Source: a bacterium (GTDB taxonomy: Bacteria; Bdellovibrionota_C; UBA2361; CALJRW01). From it: 35,197 nucleotides of DNA. Numbering within the stretch: position 1 is the first letter of the stretch; each line of letters starts with the position of its first letter. The stretch lies in contig JANNBC010000042.1 in NCBI GenBank assembly GCA_031385045.1, positions 1 through 35,197 of the forward strand. Direction: 5' to 3'. Position numbers and translations under genes: made by a program. The notes beneath the pieces are model-generated. The model was not told the DNA's origin, did not search any database, and saw only the letters and a program-made list of their open reading frames with translations. Positions 18,066 to 27,178 of the stretch are shown here, in pieces.

Positions 18066-18713
18066 ATGAGTTCTAATATACCTAATGAAAGTAGCAAAAA
18101 ACGTCATTTTTTACTAGTAGCGATTACTGGTGGAATTGCCTCAGGTAAATCAACAGTCGCCCTAAATTTGCAATCTCCTGAAATCAAATTAATTGATGCA
18201 GATAGTTTGGCCAAAATAGCTGTAGATCAAGTTCCAGGTGTGTTAGAAGCCATAGTACAAGCTTTTGGGGCCAAAGTTTTAGATCAAAATCAAAGACTTA
18301 ACCGAAGCTTAATGGCTGAAATCATTTTTTCTGACTCCCGCGCTAAAGAGAAATTAGAAGCAATTATTCACCCAGAAGTTCAAAATTTGCTTCAAGCAGA
18401 ACTTCTCACTATTCCGCAATCAGTTAAGATAGTTATTTACCTAATACCATTATTAGTCGAAGCAAATGTAGATTGTTCTAGGTTTGATTTGATAGTTTCT
18501 GTTCTAACAGAGCCGGAGATTGCATTAGAGCGAATTATCAAGCGAGATAATTGTTCTAAAGAGTTAGCACTTAAAAAAATAAAATCTCAAGCAAGTAATG
18601 ATCAAAAGCTAAAAATTTCTGATTATACTATCTTCAATAATGGATCGCTTTTAGATTTAAAGGAGAATGTTCGTTATTTTGCTGAGTTTCTTAAAGGTAG
18701 AATTCCTTGTTAA
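18066..18713 (+). CDS. coaE: Dephospho-CoA kinase
   Basis: ITGGIASGKST, IDAD, LEAIIHPEV, IPLLVE; ATG 18066 avoids overlap with the divergent gene. Confidence 0.95.
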   Translation: MSSNIPNESSKKRHFLLVAITGGIASGKSTVALNLQSPEIKLIDADSLAKIAVDQVPGVLEAIVQAFGAKVLDQNQRLNRSLMAEIIFSDSRAKEKLEAIIHPEVQNLLQAELLTIPQSVKIVIYLIPLLVEANVDCSRFDLIVSVLTEPEIALERIIKRDNCSKELALKKIKSQASNDQKLKISDYTIFNNGSLLDLKENVRYFAEFLKGRIPC

Positions 18714-18780
18714 GTATCCCCTGCTTGTCAAAAATATGAGTTGTTGCCATAGTTTAAGTTGAATTCGGTGTTTTCTTGGA

Positions 18781-19890
18781 GTGCTAAAATTAATAATGTT
18801 TGTAGATCAAAATCAACAAAAATCAGTGTGGAACTTAATACTTTTTAAAAATAATCGTTCTGAATTATTTTTAAACATGAGTTTGCCAATCATTTTAGGA
18901 ATAATTTTTATTTCGGCTTGGTTTGATGAAGCAAATTATTTAAGTTCTATCTCTCCTACCCTTGGCTTTTTAATAGTTTTAGGGATTTTTGAATTAAGTT
19001 ATTATTTGATTATCAGAAGTTTATTTAAAGCTTCAATTCTGAGTGTGGAACTCACCGCCTTTGGAGCCGTTTATAAATACTCTAAATTAAGTTCGAAACA
19101 ACAAAGACTGGCACTCTTAGGTGCGATGTTAGTACTTGCTAGTAGTAGTTTGGTTTTTGGAATCTTAATTCAAAATTTTAAATCATGGGCAGATTTACTA
19201 GGTTCCTGGCAGACATGTTCCTTGTTATTATTTGTTATTAATATCTTACCAGTACCACCCACAAAAACTTACCTGCTATTGGAAGCTCATTTATTAGCGG
19301 ATCGTCAGAGCAGCAAATTAGCTACATTTAATAAATTTTCTCAATATTTTTTATTGTTCTTGTTATTTTTTAGTATGCAATATGGTAGTCTGCTAATTGT
19401 CGCAATCGTTGTCTTACTTAGTATTTATGGGGTTAATCGAATTCAAAAAAACAAGTTATTAGCTGAGTTCTCGCGCTATCAACTAACAGATATTTTAATT
19501 CCTAAAGAAAGACTGGTTTGTTTTTCTGCTCTGTTAACTAGCCGTAAAGCCGTATACTTAGCCGTTAATTCTTTTCAAGAACATTTCCCTGTTCTTCAGG
19601 AGAAGAAATATTTAGGCTTAGTTACTAAGTCTCAGTTAATTAAGAATATCGCTATCGCTGAAGATGAATATCTTCGAGCACTATTAGATCGAAAACAAGT
19701 AACTGTTCGGATGGATCAAACTTTAGACTCTATTGCGCAAATCTTCTTAACGACAAACTATGCTGTCCTTCCTGTTTTAGATTTTGATGATAATTTTATT
19801 GGCCTTGTTGTAAAAGACAAGGTAAGTGAGTTTGATTTGATCAAGAATATTGAAGATCAAAATCAGAAAGATAAAGATTCTGAGCTTTAG
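18781..19890 (+). CDS. Site-2 protease (M50)-CBS domain homologue lacking zinc ligands
   Basis: M50 layout: FELSY at the HExxH position, L.AFG, NILPVPPTKT at the NLLP.xPxDG position, then tandem CBS domains (FPV.., LPV.D..DNFIGLV). Start GTG 18781 or ATG 18796. Confidence 0.7.
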   Translation: MLKLIMFVDQNQQKSVWNLILFKNNRSELFLNMSLPIILGIIFISAWFDEANYLSSISPTLGFLIVLGIFELSYYLIIRSLFKASILSVELTAFGAVYKYSKLSSKQQRLALLGAMLVLASSSLVFGILIQNFKSWADLLGSWQTCSLLLFVINILPVPPTKTYLLLEAHLLADRQSSKLATFNKFSQYFLLFLLFFSMQYGSLLIVAIVVLLSIYGVNRIQKNKLLAEFSRYQLTDILIPKERLVCFSALLTSRKAVYLAVNSFQEHFPVLQEKKYLGLVTKSQLIKNIAIAEDEYLRALLDRKQVTVRMDQTLDSIAQIFLTTNYAVLPVLDFDDNFIGLVVKDKVSEFDLIKNIEDQNQKDKDSEL

Positions 19891-19950
19891 TTGATAATTG
19901 AAATAGTTTGATTGTATAAAAGGTAATTTCTAAACTACTCCGACCAGATA

Positions 19951-20862
19951 ATGGAAATAAGTAAGCTAAGCGAAAAATTTGCTATCTTGGTGATTGAGGT
20001 TCTTGGTCATATACCACTAAGTGTCAGGGCTTATCTTGGTTCGGCAACAGGCTATATTGCCTATAAATTTGCTAAGCGAGAAAGAAAAATTGCCGAACTC
20101 CAATTACAAAAAATCTTAAAAATTAATAATTCTAAGAAAATAACGGCACAGATTTTCCGATTTTTTGCTATTAATCTTTGGCAGACACTTAATTTATTTC
20201 CCATTTTGGATCAGCATGAAACAAAAATTAGCATTAATAATCAGGATCTTTGGAATGATTTAATTAATTATCCTAAGCCAATTATCGCGCTTACTGGCCA
20301 CACAGGAAACTGGGATTTGCTGGCTGCCTACGTGGTTAAGCGTGGTGCTAAGATTGTGACAGTTGGTCGAATGGCTAGGGGGTCTATCTCACAGTCAATC
20401 TTGAAACATCTGCGTGAAAAATATCAGATTAAAACTATTTGGCGTAAAAGCTTAAAAGATACTCGCGAACTTTTAATGGAATCCTCCAAGGGTACGATTA
20501 TGGCGGTCTTAATTGATCAAGATATCAAGGCAAAAGGTATAAATTCCAATTTTTTTGGCTTGCCATGTAAGACCCCTACCGCACTTTTAGAATTAGGATT
20601 AAAAGTTGACGCCCGAATTGTTTCTGCCTTTATGTTTCAAGAACCAAACGGAACCTATCAATTATATTTAAACGAAATATCAGCAGAACTTTCTATCTCC
20701 CAGATCGTTAGCCAATATCATCAGGATTTAGAAAATTTATTACTTAGGTATCCGGAACAATGGGTTTGGTTTCATAAGCGATGGCGAACAAATATTGGGA
20801 TTGATGGAAGTCTTGTTACGATGTCTAGTAAGGAATATCTAGATTATTTACAAAAGTTGTAA
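19951..20862 (+). CDS. lpxL: Lipid A biosynthesis late acyltransferase (LpxL/HtrB family)
   Basis: GHTGNWD (H-x4-D), LIDQD, FFG, PEQWVWFHKRW. Confidence 0.88.
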   Translation: MEISKLSEKFAILVIEVLGHIPLSVRAYLGSATGYIAYKFAKRERKIAELQLQKILKINNSKKITAQIFRFFAINLWQTLNLFPILDQHETKISINNQDLWNDLINYPKPIIALTGHTGNWDLLAAYVVKRGAKIVTVGRMARGSISQSILKHLREKYQIKTIWRKSLKDTRELLMESSKGTIMAVLIDQDIKAKGINSNFFGLPCKTPTALLELGLKVDARIVSAFMFQEPNGTYQLYLNEISAELSISQIVSQYHQDLENLLLRYPEQWVWFHKRWRTNIGIDGSLVTMSSKEYLDYLQKL

Positions 20863-20898
20863 CTATATTTTCCAATTTATATTGATTAAATAAATCCA

Positions 20899-21345
20899 AT
20901 GAAGATTATTTTCTTATTAATGATTTTAATGATTTCCTGTCAGAGTACTACTCCTGCTAGTTTTTCAAAACAAGCAAAAGTGTTCTTGGAAAATAAAAAA
21001 TATGAGCAAGCAATTGATGCCTATGAAAAACATATTCAGTCACGCTTAAAGCGTAAGTCCCGTCCAGAATGGGAAAATCCATACGTTTATTATCTAGATA
21101 TTGGTGATATTTATCTTCTTCAAAGTAATTTAGAATCCGCCTTGAAATACTATTTTTTAGCCGAGGAAAACAAGGTTGATCCAAGTTTAGTGAGTGATCG
21201 TTTAAGACGAATTGCTACTTGGTATGAGGATAATAATAAATTAGATTTAGCCTTAGAGCATCTACAAAAGTATCAAGATAGAGACCCAGAATTTTTTAAC
21301 ATGATGTTAGATCGGCTAGCTAAAAAGTATGCTCAAGAAAATTAA
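20899..21345 (+). CDS. Putative TPR-containing lipoprotein
   Basis: Short signal peptide ending MISC (lipobox-like Cys14); TPR-like helices (YEQAIDAY, IGDIY....LESALKYY). Confidence 0.7.
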   Translation: MKIIFLLMILMISCQSTTPASFSKQAKVFLENKKYEQAIDAYEKHIQSRLKRKSRPEWENPYVYYLDIGDIYLLQSNLESALKYYFLAEENKVDPSLVSDRLRRIATWYEDNNKLDLALEHLQKYQDRDPEFFNMMLDRLAKKYAQEN

Positions 21346-21366
21346 TTATGGTGAAAGTACTTCTGG

Positions 21367-22428
21367 TTACGGACCTATGAGCCGAGCTAGGGATTGTTCT
21401 GCTTGTAGTTTAATGATGGGATCTTTTTCTATCTGAGCTAGTTTTTCCAAGTAAGGAATATGTGAGCTTAGTTTTAAGTTTGCTGTTACAGCACAAGCAT
21501 TTCTAAGTAATCCTTGTCTTTTTGTCCTCATAATTGGACTACCGGAAAATCTTTTAAGAAATTCATCTTCACTAGGGATTGATAATATTTCAGCAAGGGA
21601 GAGCTGCCCCTCTTTCGCAATATGATCTGAAAAATCCTCCCAAGCATCATGCTTATTTTTCTTCATAGTAGCAAAGTTAAACGGACAGACTTCTTGGCAT
21701 ATATCACATCCAAAGAGCCATTCTCCAATTGCTTCCTGTTCCCAGGGATTAAGTACTCCCCTTTTCTCGATTGTGAGGTAGGAAATGCATCGACTTGCGT
21801 CTAATTGGTAAGGATTAACAAAGGCTTTTGTTGGACAATTATCGATGCAACGCTTGCAGGAACCACAGCTGTAATCAAGGACTGGTAAAGCTTGCTCTGT
21901 AATCTCCACATCCCATAGGAGCTCTGATAAAAAGCAGAAGGAGCCTAGTTTTGGGCGAATTAACATGGTGTTCTTACCGATAAAGCCTAAGCCAGAGTTC
22001 TGCGCATAAAATCTTTCTAATAAAGGAACTGCGTCAGCAAAATAGCGATAGTTAAAGTCAATTCCAAGTTCTAATTTTAAGCCTTGAACAAAGCCTTTTA
22101 AGTGTTTTTTGATAATTTTATGATAGTCCTTACCCCAGGCGTAACGAGCGACTTTGGCATGTCCTGGCTTGAGTGTTGGTCGCTGAGCAGAGGAATAACT
22201 GATAGTGAAGACGATAATACTTTTTAATTCTGGAAAAAGTTGACTAGGTTCACACAGTAGCTCAGGGGCTCTTTGCATATACTCCAAATCTGCCGCATAT
22301 CCTTGGTCTTGCCAAAATTTTAGATATTCCTTCTGAGAGTTAGCATTGTTGGTTGAAGTAAATGCTAGTGCTTGCAGGCCAAATTTTTTGGCAAACTCTT
22401 GGATTTGAATAAAGTTAATTTTGGGCAC
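21367..22428 (-). CDS. queG: Epoxyqueuosine reductase
   Basis: VARYAWGKDYH, GLGFIGKN, CGSCKRCIDNCPT, CISYLTIE, FGCDICQEVCPFN; GTG start. Confidence 0.95.
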   Translation of the reverse strand: MPKINFIQIQEFAKKFGLQALAFTSTNNANSQKEYLKFWQDQGYAADLEYMQRAPELLCEPSQLFPELKSIIVFTISYSSAQRPTLKPGHAKVARYAWGKDYHKIIKKHLKGFVQGLKLELGIDFNYRYFADAVPLLERFYAQNSGLGFIGKNTMLIRPKLGSFCFLSELLWDVEITEQALPVLDYSCGSCKRCIDNCPTKAFVNPYQLDASRCISYLTIEKRGVLNPWEQEAIGEWLFGCDICQEVCPFNFATMKKNKHDAWEDFSDHIAKEGQLSLAEILSIPSEDEFLKRFSGSPIMRTKRQGLLRNACAVTANLKLSSHIPYLEKLAQIEKDPIIKLQAEQSLARLIGP

Positions 22429-22541
22429 TAATTAGTTTTTAATATCAAGGAATAAGCGAAGCTTAATTAGTATATATTTAGTAGAGGAAAGTGGGAACAA
22501 CTTGATTGCCTGGGTTTGTTAAGAGGACTAGAGGTAGAAAG

Positions 22542-22575
22542 CACCCAAGATAATTTGTAAGAATTACCTCGGGTG
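22542..22575 (-). terminator. Probable terminator hairpin
   Basis: Minus strand CACCCGAGGTAATT-CTTACA-AATTATCTTGGGTG then CTTTCT, 13 nt after the upstream stop. Confidence 0.6.
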
Positions 22576-22588
22576 ATAAAATTAGTAG

Positions 22589-23194
22589 TTATGATTCACA
22601 GTCATCATCTACTTTTACTTTTTCAACGATATTATCAACTCCGGCAACGTGACCTTCGATTCCGGCACAGTCACCTACTTCTAAGTCTTCATTGCTAATT
22701 ACGTTATTATCCCCATCTAAATACTCGGTATCAGCATCTAAGACATAGACTTCACCATCAACACTTAAGCTTACAGAATCAACTGACTCTAGAAAGCCAT
22801 GAGCCTCAAACTCAATTCCATCTTCAAATCCATCATTGTCACTATCATCATCACTTGGATTGCTTCCATCAATCAACTCATCAGAGTCATCTAATCCATC
22901 GTCATCGCTATCAGCACTACATTTGTCTAAATCTAATGCACCTTCTATGTAGTCATTTAAATTATCATCATCAGAGTTATTATCATCAGAGGTTTGATCG
23001 ATAACTTCAAGTTGTGCTTCAGGACTTAAGCGATTAAATTTTTTGGCTAAGGCTTTTTCCGTACGATGAAGTTTTTTCATTAGTTGTAAAACTTGTTTCT
23101 TATGTCCAGTTTTATCCTTCGAGGAGTTCTCAGACATGGCAGCACTGGTGAGGATTAATGTTGATACAAGAAAAACATAGATCAGATTTTTCAT
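22589..23194 (-). CDS. Secreted Asp-rich protein with bacterial TSP3-like Ca-binding repeats and a C-terminal DUF5666-like OB fold
   Basis: Signal peptide; DSDDDGLDDSDE and DSDNDGFEDGIE repeats; C-terminal L.VGD...IEG....V.KV pattern. Confidence 0.7.
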   Translation of the reverse strand: MKNLIYVFLVSTLILTSAAMSENSSKDKTGHKKQVLQLMKKLHRTEKALAKKFNRLSPEAQLEVIDQTSDDNNSDDDNLNDYIEGALDLDKCSADSDDDGLDDSDELIDGSNPSDDDSDNDGFEDGIEFEAHGFLESVDSVSLSVDGEVYVLDADTEYLDGDNNVISNEDLEVGDCAGIEGHVAGVDNIVEKVKVDDDCES

Positions 23195-23380
23195 GGTTTT
23201 TATTTTAATAAAATAGTTGTTAATTATATTTCAGGATAACTATACCTACCATAAAGTATCGACCGAAAATTGAACAGGGATTAATCTATAAATAAAAATA
23301 TTTATAAATTAAATTAGGTAAGTAGAAGAGAATACTATAATATTATGCGATGAATTATTATTGAATTGAAAAACGCTTCC

Positions 23381-23450
23381 AAATGGGCGTAAGCCCATTT
23401 GTGGTTAGGCAGAATCTTTGGTTTTAGGTAGAAAAGTCGCTAACGACTCC
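23381..23450 (-). terminator. Two hairpins downstream of tRNA-Glu
   Basis: Minus strand GAGTCG-TTAG-CGACTTTT (about 23449-23432) and AAATGGGC-TTAC-GCCCATTT (23400-23381). Confidence 0.5.
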
Positions 23451-23461
23451 TGTTCTTAAAA

Positions 23462-23534
23462 CGTCCCCAACGGGATTCGAACCCGTGTTACCAGCGTGAA
23501 AGGCCGATGTCCTAGGCCTCTAGACGATGGGGAC
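23462..23534 (-). tRNA. tRNA-Glu (TTC); CCA not encoded
   Basis: GTCCCCATCGTCTAGAGGCCTAGGACATCGGCCTTTCACGCTGGTAACACGGGTTCGAATCCCGTTGGGGACG cloverleaf. Confidence 0.95.
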
Positions 23535-23546
23535 CCAAGGAGTGCG

Positions 23547-23576
23547 ATTATTAACTATTATCAGTAATTATGTCAA
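23547..23576 (-). promoter_or_regulatory. Sigma70-type promoter for tRNA-Glu
   Basis: Perfect TTGACA (23576-23571), 17-18 bp spacer, (T)AATAAT, then GC-rich CGCAC discriminator. Confidence 0.6.
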
Positions 23577-23615
23577 TAGATTGGGAGAATTGTATTTAAT
23601 AAATTTCTCGCAGTT

Positions 23616-23852
23616 TTAGTTTTGTTCGCGCGGAGGATTTTGAAGTCTTTTTGTAATTCTTCCTTTGCTTAAATCATAGGGGGAGATTTCTACAGTAACT
23701 CTATCACCTGGAACGACTTTAATATAATACTTTCTCATCTTACCAGAAAGATAAGCTTTAATTACGTGACCATTGTCACATTTTACGCGAAACTCAGCAC
23801 CAGGAAAACATTCCTCTACTAAACCATCCATTTCAATTGCATCGCCTGCCAT
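23616..23852 (-). CDS. infA: Translation initiation factor IF-1
   Basis: AIEMDG.V.E..P...FRV..DNGH...[28 protein letters not shown]. Confidence 0.97.
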   Translation of the reverse strand: MAGDAIEMDGLVEECFPGAEFRVKCDNGHVIKAYLSGKMRKYYIKVVPGDRVTVEISPYDLSKGRITKRLQNPPREQN

Positions 23853-23953
23853 AAGTAATAATTCTAAATATAAATATACTGTTCTTGATCAACTAAAAAA
23901 ATTTAATTTCTCTTTGAATAAAAAATTTCTTGCACTGATTTATTTAAGAAGTC

Positions 23954-24928
23954 CTAGTGTTCTTCAACGGGACCAAGTTTTCTAAATCTTTGATAGCGCT
24001 GTTCTAGCATTTCTTCTACACTTAAGCTACTTAGCTGCTCTAAGTGACGAATCAAGACAGGCAGTAAATTCTCAGCGGCTTCTTTATGATTGCGATGTGC
24101 ACCACCAATCGGCTCAGGAACAATTTCATCAATTACCCCCAAAGCTAATAGCTTATCTGCTGTCAAATTTAAGGCCTCAGCCGCAACTGCAGCATAGTTG
24201 GTACCAGAGTCAGTTTTCCCCCAAAGAATAGAAGCACAGCCCTCTGGAGTGATTACAGAGTAACAAGAGTTCTCTAACATTAATACTCGATCACCTACGC
24301 CTAGTGCCAATGCTCCACCACTTCCACCTTCACCGATTACAACGCAAATAATTGGAACCGAAATTTCCGCTAATTCCTGAATATTTCTGGCGATAGCTTC
24401 CGCCTGGCCACGCTCTTCAGCTTCTAGTCCTGGGAAGGCGCCTTGGGTGTCAATAAAATTAATGATTGGTAGCTTAAATTTTTCAGCCATCCTAAAAAGT
24501 CTTAATGCTTTGCGATAACCATCGGGGTTAGCCATTCCAAAATTACGATAAAGACGATCCTGAGTGGTGCGACCTCTTTGATGTCCAATCAACATCACTT
24601 TTAGGCCTGCGAGTCTTGCTGTTCCCCCTACGATTGCTGGATCGTCACGAAATAGACGATCTCCATGGAATTCAATAAAATCGGAAGTTAAGTATTTAAT
24701 AAAATCTAATGTAAAAGGCCTATCGAAGTGTCTAGAGAGTTGAACCCGTTGATAAGGAATAAGTTTTCCATAGATATCAGCCGTAAGCTTTTGAGCTTGG
24801 CGTTCTAATTTGGCGTAATCCTCAATTTTACTTTGATCTCCACTAGCAATCTGATCTTTTAATTCTTCTAGCTTAGTTTCCAGTTCAACTAATGGTAATT
24901 CAAAATCTAAAGGTGATTTAATTGGCAT
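23954..24928 (-). CDS. accA: Acetyl-CoA carboxylase carboxyltransferase alpha subunit
   Basis: LDFE, FGM..P.GYRKALR, AEERGQAEAIA, GEGGSGGALA, YSVITPEGCASILW. Confidence 0.97.
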   Translation of the reverse strand: MPIKSPLDFELPLVELETKLEELKDQIASGDQSKIEDYAKLERQAQKLTADIYGKLIPYQRVQLSRHFDRPFTLDFIKYLTSDFIEFHGDRLFRDDPAIVGGTARLAGLKVMLIGHQRGRTTQDRLYRNFGMANPDGYRKALRLFRMAEKFKLPIINFIDTQGAFPGLEAEERGQAEAIARNIQELAEISVPIICVVIGEGGSGGALALGVGDRVLMLENSCYSVITPEGCASILWGKTDSGTNYAAVAAEALNLTADKLLALGVIDEIVPEPIGGAHRNHKEAAENLLPVLIRHLEQLSSLSVEEMLEQRYQRFRKLGPVEEH

Positions 24929-25149
24929 ATAACTTTTCCGTTATTTTATTTCTAGAGTATTTATTGTCATAAGCATGCTCACCAGATTCAAAGTAGAGCA
25001 AGATTATCTATTAAAGAAAAATTAAAAATTATATTTTAAATTTCTTTATCTTTAAATTTTGACACAAAGTAGCATTAATTTAATTTAAATTCAAAATGCT
25101 GACAAACCGTTAGATCAGATAAAGAAACCCCCTAACTAACTGAATTTTA

Positions 25150-26679
25150 TTAATCTATTTGGTATAAAGCTAATGTTGAATCACATTTATTATTACCGCT
25201 CAGGACGATCTTGGCATTGGCTTTTAAGAAATTATCAAATTCTGTCTTATTAATTGCTAGTGGTTGTTTGATTAGTTGCTTAGGAGTGTCATTAGTAATG
25301 ATTGAATCTAGAGTTCGATCATAAATTAAAAAATCTACACCTAAGGAATGCATGGCTTCCGTTGTATTATAACCTTTGAGATTATTTAAGAATTTTATGG
25401 TGAGAAAAGATCTGAAGGGGTTTTCTTGGAAGGATAGCCAGTAGGCATCGTCTGCGCACATTACAGCACTTGTCGGGATTAGTTTTTTTGCTGAATTAAT
25501 AAATTCTATTTTATTATGATGACAACTATTATCTCTGATACTTGAGATGATCGACAGTGAATTATAAAGACTAAAGTGAAGCAATATTGCGAGCCCAATG
25601 TACGGAAAAATCTGGGATATTTTTGAATTTTTAGGGATGTCCCAGATTAGTTTATAGATAAAATGAGCGACTAGAATACTAGCAATTGGAAAGATAATAG
25701 TAATATTTAGAATATGAAAACTTGGAATTATTGCTGGTGTAATTAGCAGTAGTGTTAATGTAAAGAGTGAGATTATCTTATCAGAATTATGATGATAGCG
25801 AATGGAAAGTAGTAAGCCCAGGAAGATTGTCCAGTAGATTGGTGTAATTAAGTTTAGATAGAAAAATAGCTCCTTAAGTGATTCAAGGAATTGTTTAAAA
25901 TCTAAGTTAAGTATTGTTGGAGTTCTGCTATCGGAAATTGTAATTTTCTTTAATTTTAAAATAGCTTCTTGATAAGGAAGGATTTTTAGTAGAAAATATA
26001 AGCCCCCCAAGCTTAAGAGTGTTACTGTAAATAGCCAAAAGTTAGAGTTCTTAAAGATTAGCTGGCGATATTTAAAGATATAAAGTGAGTAGATTAGCGG
26101 TAGATAAACAATTGTCCTTGGATGAATATCCAAACTAATTACCAGTATTATTCCTGCTAACAAGTCTTTGTAATGCTGATTCTTAGCGTTACTTAAAACT
26201 AAGTAGAGTGATGTTAGACATAGAATACTGGCCAAGAAATCATTTCTAGGTAAATGAGAGAAATAGAAGAAATTAGCAGAAAATCCTACCAGACAAACTG
26301 CTATTAGTCCTAATTTCCAGTCTCTGATTTCTTTACCGATTAAAAAAATTAGTATTAGACAAAATGGGATTAGGAGAAGGCTCGTTGCTCGCACGGTTAG
26401 TAGGTCAATTTTTCCAAAAAAGTAATAAGGCAAATCTTGGATCGCTGGCGAGAAGATGCTATAGAGGTTTTCTCCACCAGGGATTAGATTGATATAGGAA
26501 GATTCTATTGGACTAATCCTAGAATGTTCGCGGACATTGGCTTTAATTCTTGCAGCCACTTGCCCATCATTTGAGGATGATTCTGGGTATTTAGTAATAG
26601 TTAAGGCGTGAAACAACGAGAGAAAAAGTATTAGGCTAGCAACAGTAATGGTTTGATAACGAAAATATTGTCTGAGCAT
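25150..26679 (-). CDS. ArnT/PMT-like (GT-C) membrane glycosyltransferase
   Basis: Polytopic; ND in first loop, R....L, SH.PRND, HP motif, soluble C-terminal domain. Confidence 0.7.
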   Translation of the reverse strand: MLRQYFRYQTITVASLILFLSLFHALTITKYPESSSNDGQVAARIKANVREHSRISPIESSYINLIPGGENLYSIFSPAIQDLPYYFFGKIDLLTVRATSLLLIPFCLILIFLIGKEIRDWKLGLIAVCLVGFSANFFYFSHLPRNDFLASILCLTSLYLVLSNAKNQHYKDLLAGIILVISLDIHPRTIVYLPLIYSLYIFKYRQLIFKNSNFWLFTVTLLSLGGLYFLLKILPYQEAILKLKKITISDSRTPTILNLDFKQFLESLKELFFYLNLITPIYWTIFLGLLLSIRYHHNSDKIISLFTLTLLLITPAIIPSFHILNITIIFPIASILVAHFIYKLIWDIPKNSKISQIFPYIGLAILLHFSLYNSLSIISSIRDNSCHHNKIEFINSAKKLIPTSAVMCADDAYWLSFQENPFRSFLTIKFLNNLKGYNTTEAMHSLGVDFLIYDRTLDSIITNDTPKQLIKQPLAINKTEFDNFLKANAKIVLSGNNKCDSTLALYQID

Positions 26680-26795
26680 TTTTCGTTGGGTAGCGCTAAT
26701 GAATACAACAAGATGCTGTATGCGCAGGAGTAAGAAGCCTTAAATGAAACTAATTAGGCAACTTAAGCATGATGAGAGATTCTTAATGAATATAC

Positions 26796-26833
26796 AAAAC
26801 AAACTTCTTTCCATAAAAACATGGAAAGAAGTT
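26796..26833 (-). terminator. Terminator after Flp pilin
   Basis: 13-bp perfect stem AACTTCTTTCCAT/ATGGAAAGAAGTT (26802-26833) followed by TGTTTT on the minus strand. Confidence 0.7.
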
Positions 26834-26890
26834 CTTTCTTAGGCATTAAGCAAAAAATTTTGCTTGTCTGCTTATATTGTACAGAAAGAA

Positions 26891-27070
26891 TTACATTGCT
26901 GTAGAAACAGATGTGAACTTAGAACTAACTGAACTACCAAGCGAAGTAATTGCAACAATACATACTACGGCAATCAACGCTACTAATAGACCATACTCTA
27001 CTAATGAAGCACCTTTCTGCTTTTTAGAATCATTCTTGATTAAATCTTTTTTTGAAATCTCACTAGACAT
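26891..27070 (-). CDS. flp: Flp/Fap type IVb (Tad) prepilin, 59 aa
   Basis: MSSEISKKDLIKNDSKKQKG|ASLVEYGLLVALIAVVCIVAITSLGSSVSSKFTSVSTAM: G|xxxxEY Flp motif; SD GGAG. Absent from the ORF track. Confidence 0.93.
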   Translation of the reverse strand: MSSEISKKDLIKNDSKKQKGASLVEYGLLVALIAVVCIVAITSLGSSVSSKFTSVSTAM

Positions 27071-27178
27071 TTTTTACTCCAATTCTATAAGTTAAATTTG
27101 CTATAAATTAGCATAAACATTAATAAAATTAATTTTATACTAAAAATTTATTACTTGCACTAGATAAAATTTTTAGCT

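Noticed and set aside
9600..23620. Integrative island at tRNA-Met or tRNA-Glu
   Set aside because: No integrase, no duplicated tRNA 3' end seen, and the content is mostly housekeeping genes.
26877..27095. 72-aa plus-strand ORF
   Set aside because: Antisense shadow of the Flp pilin gene.
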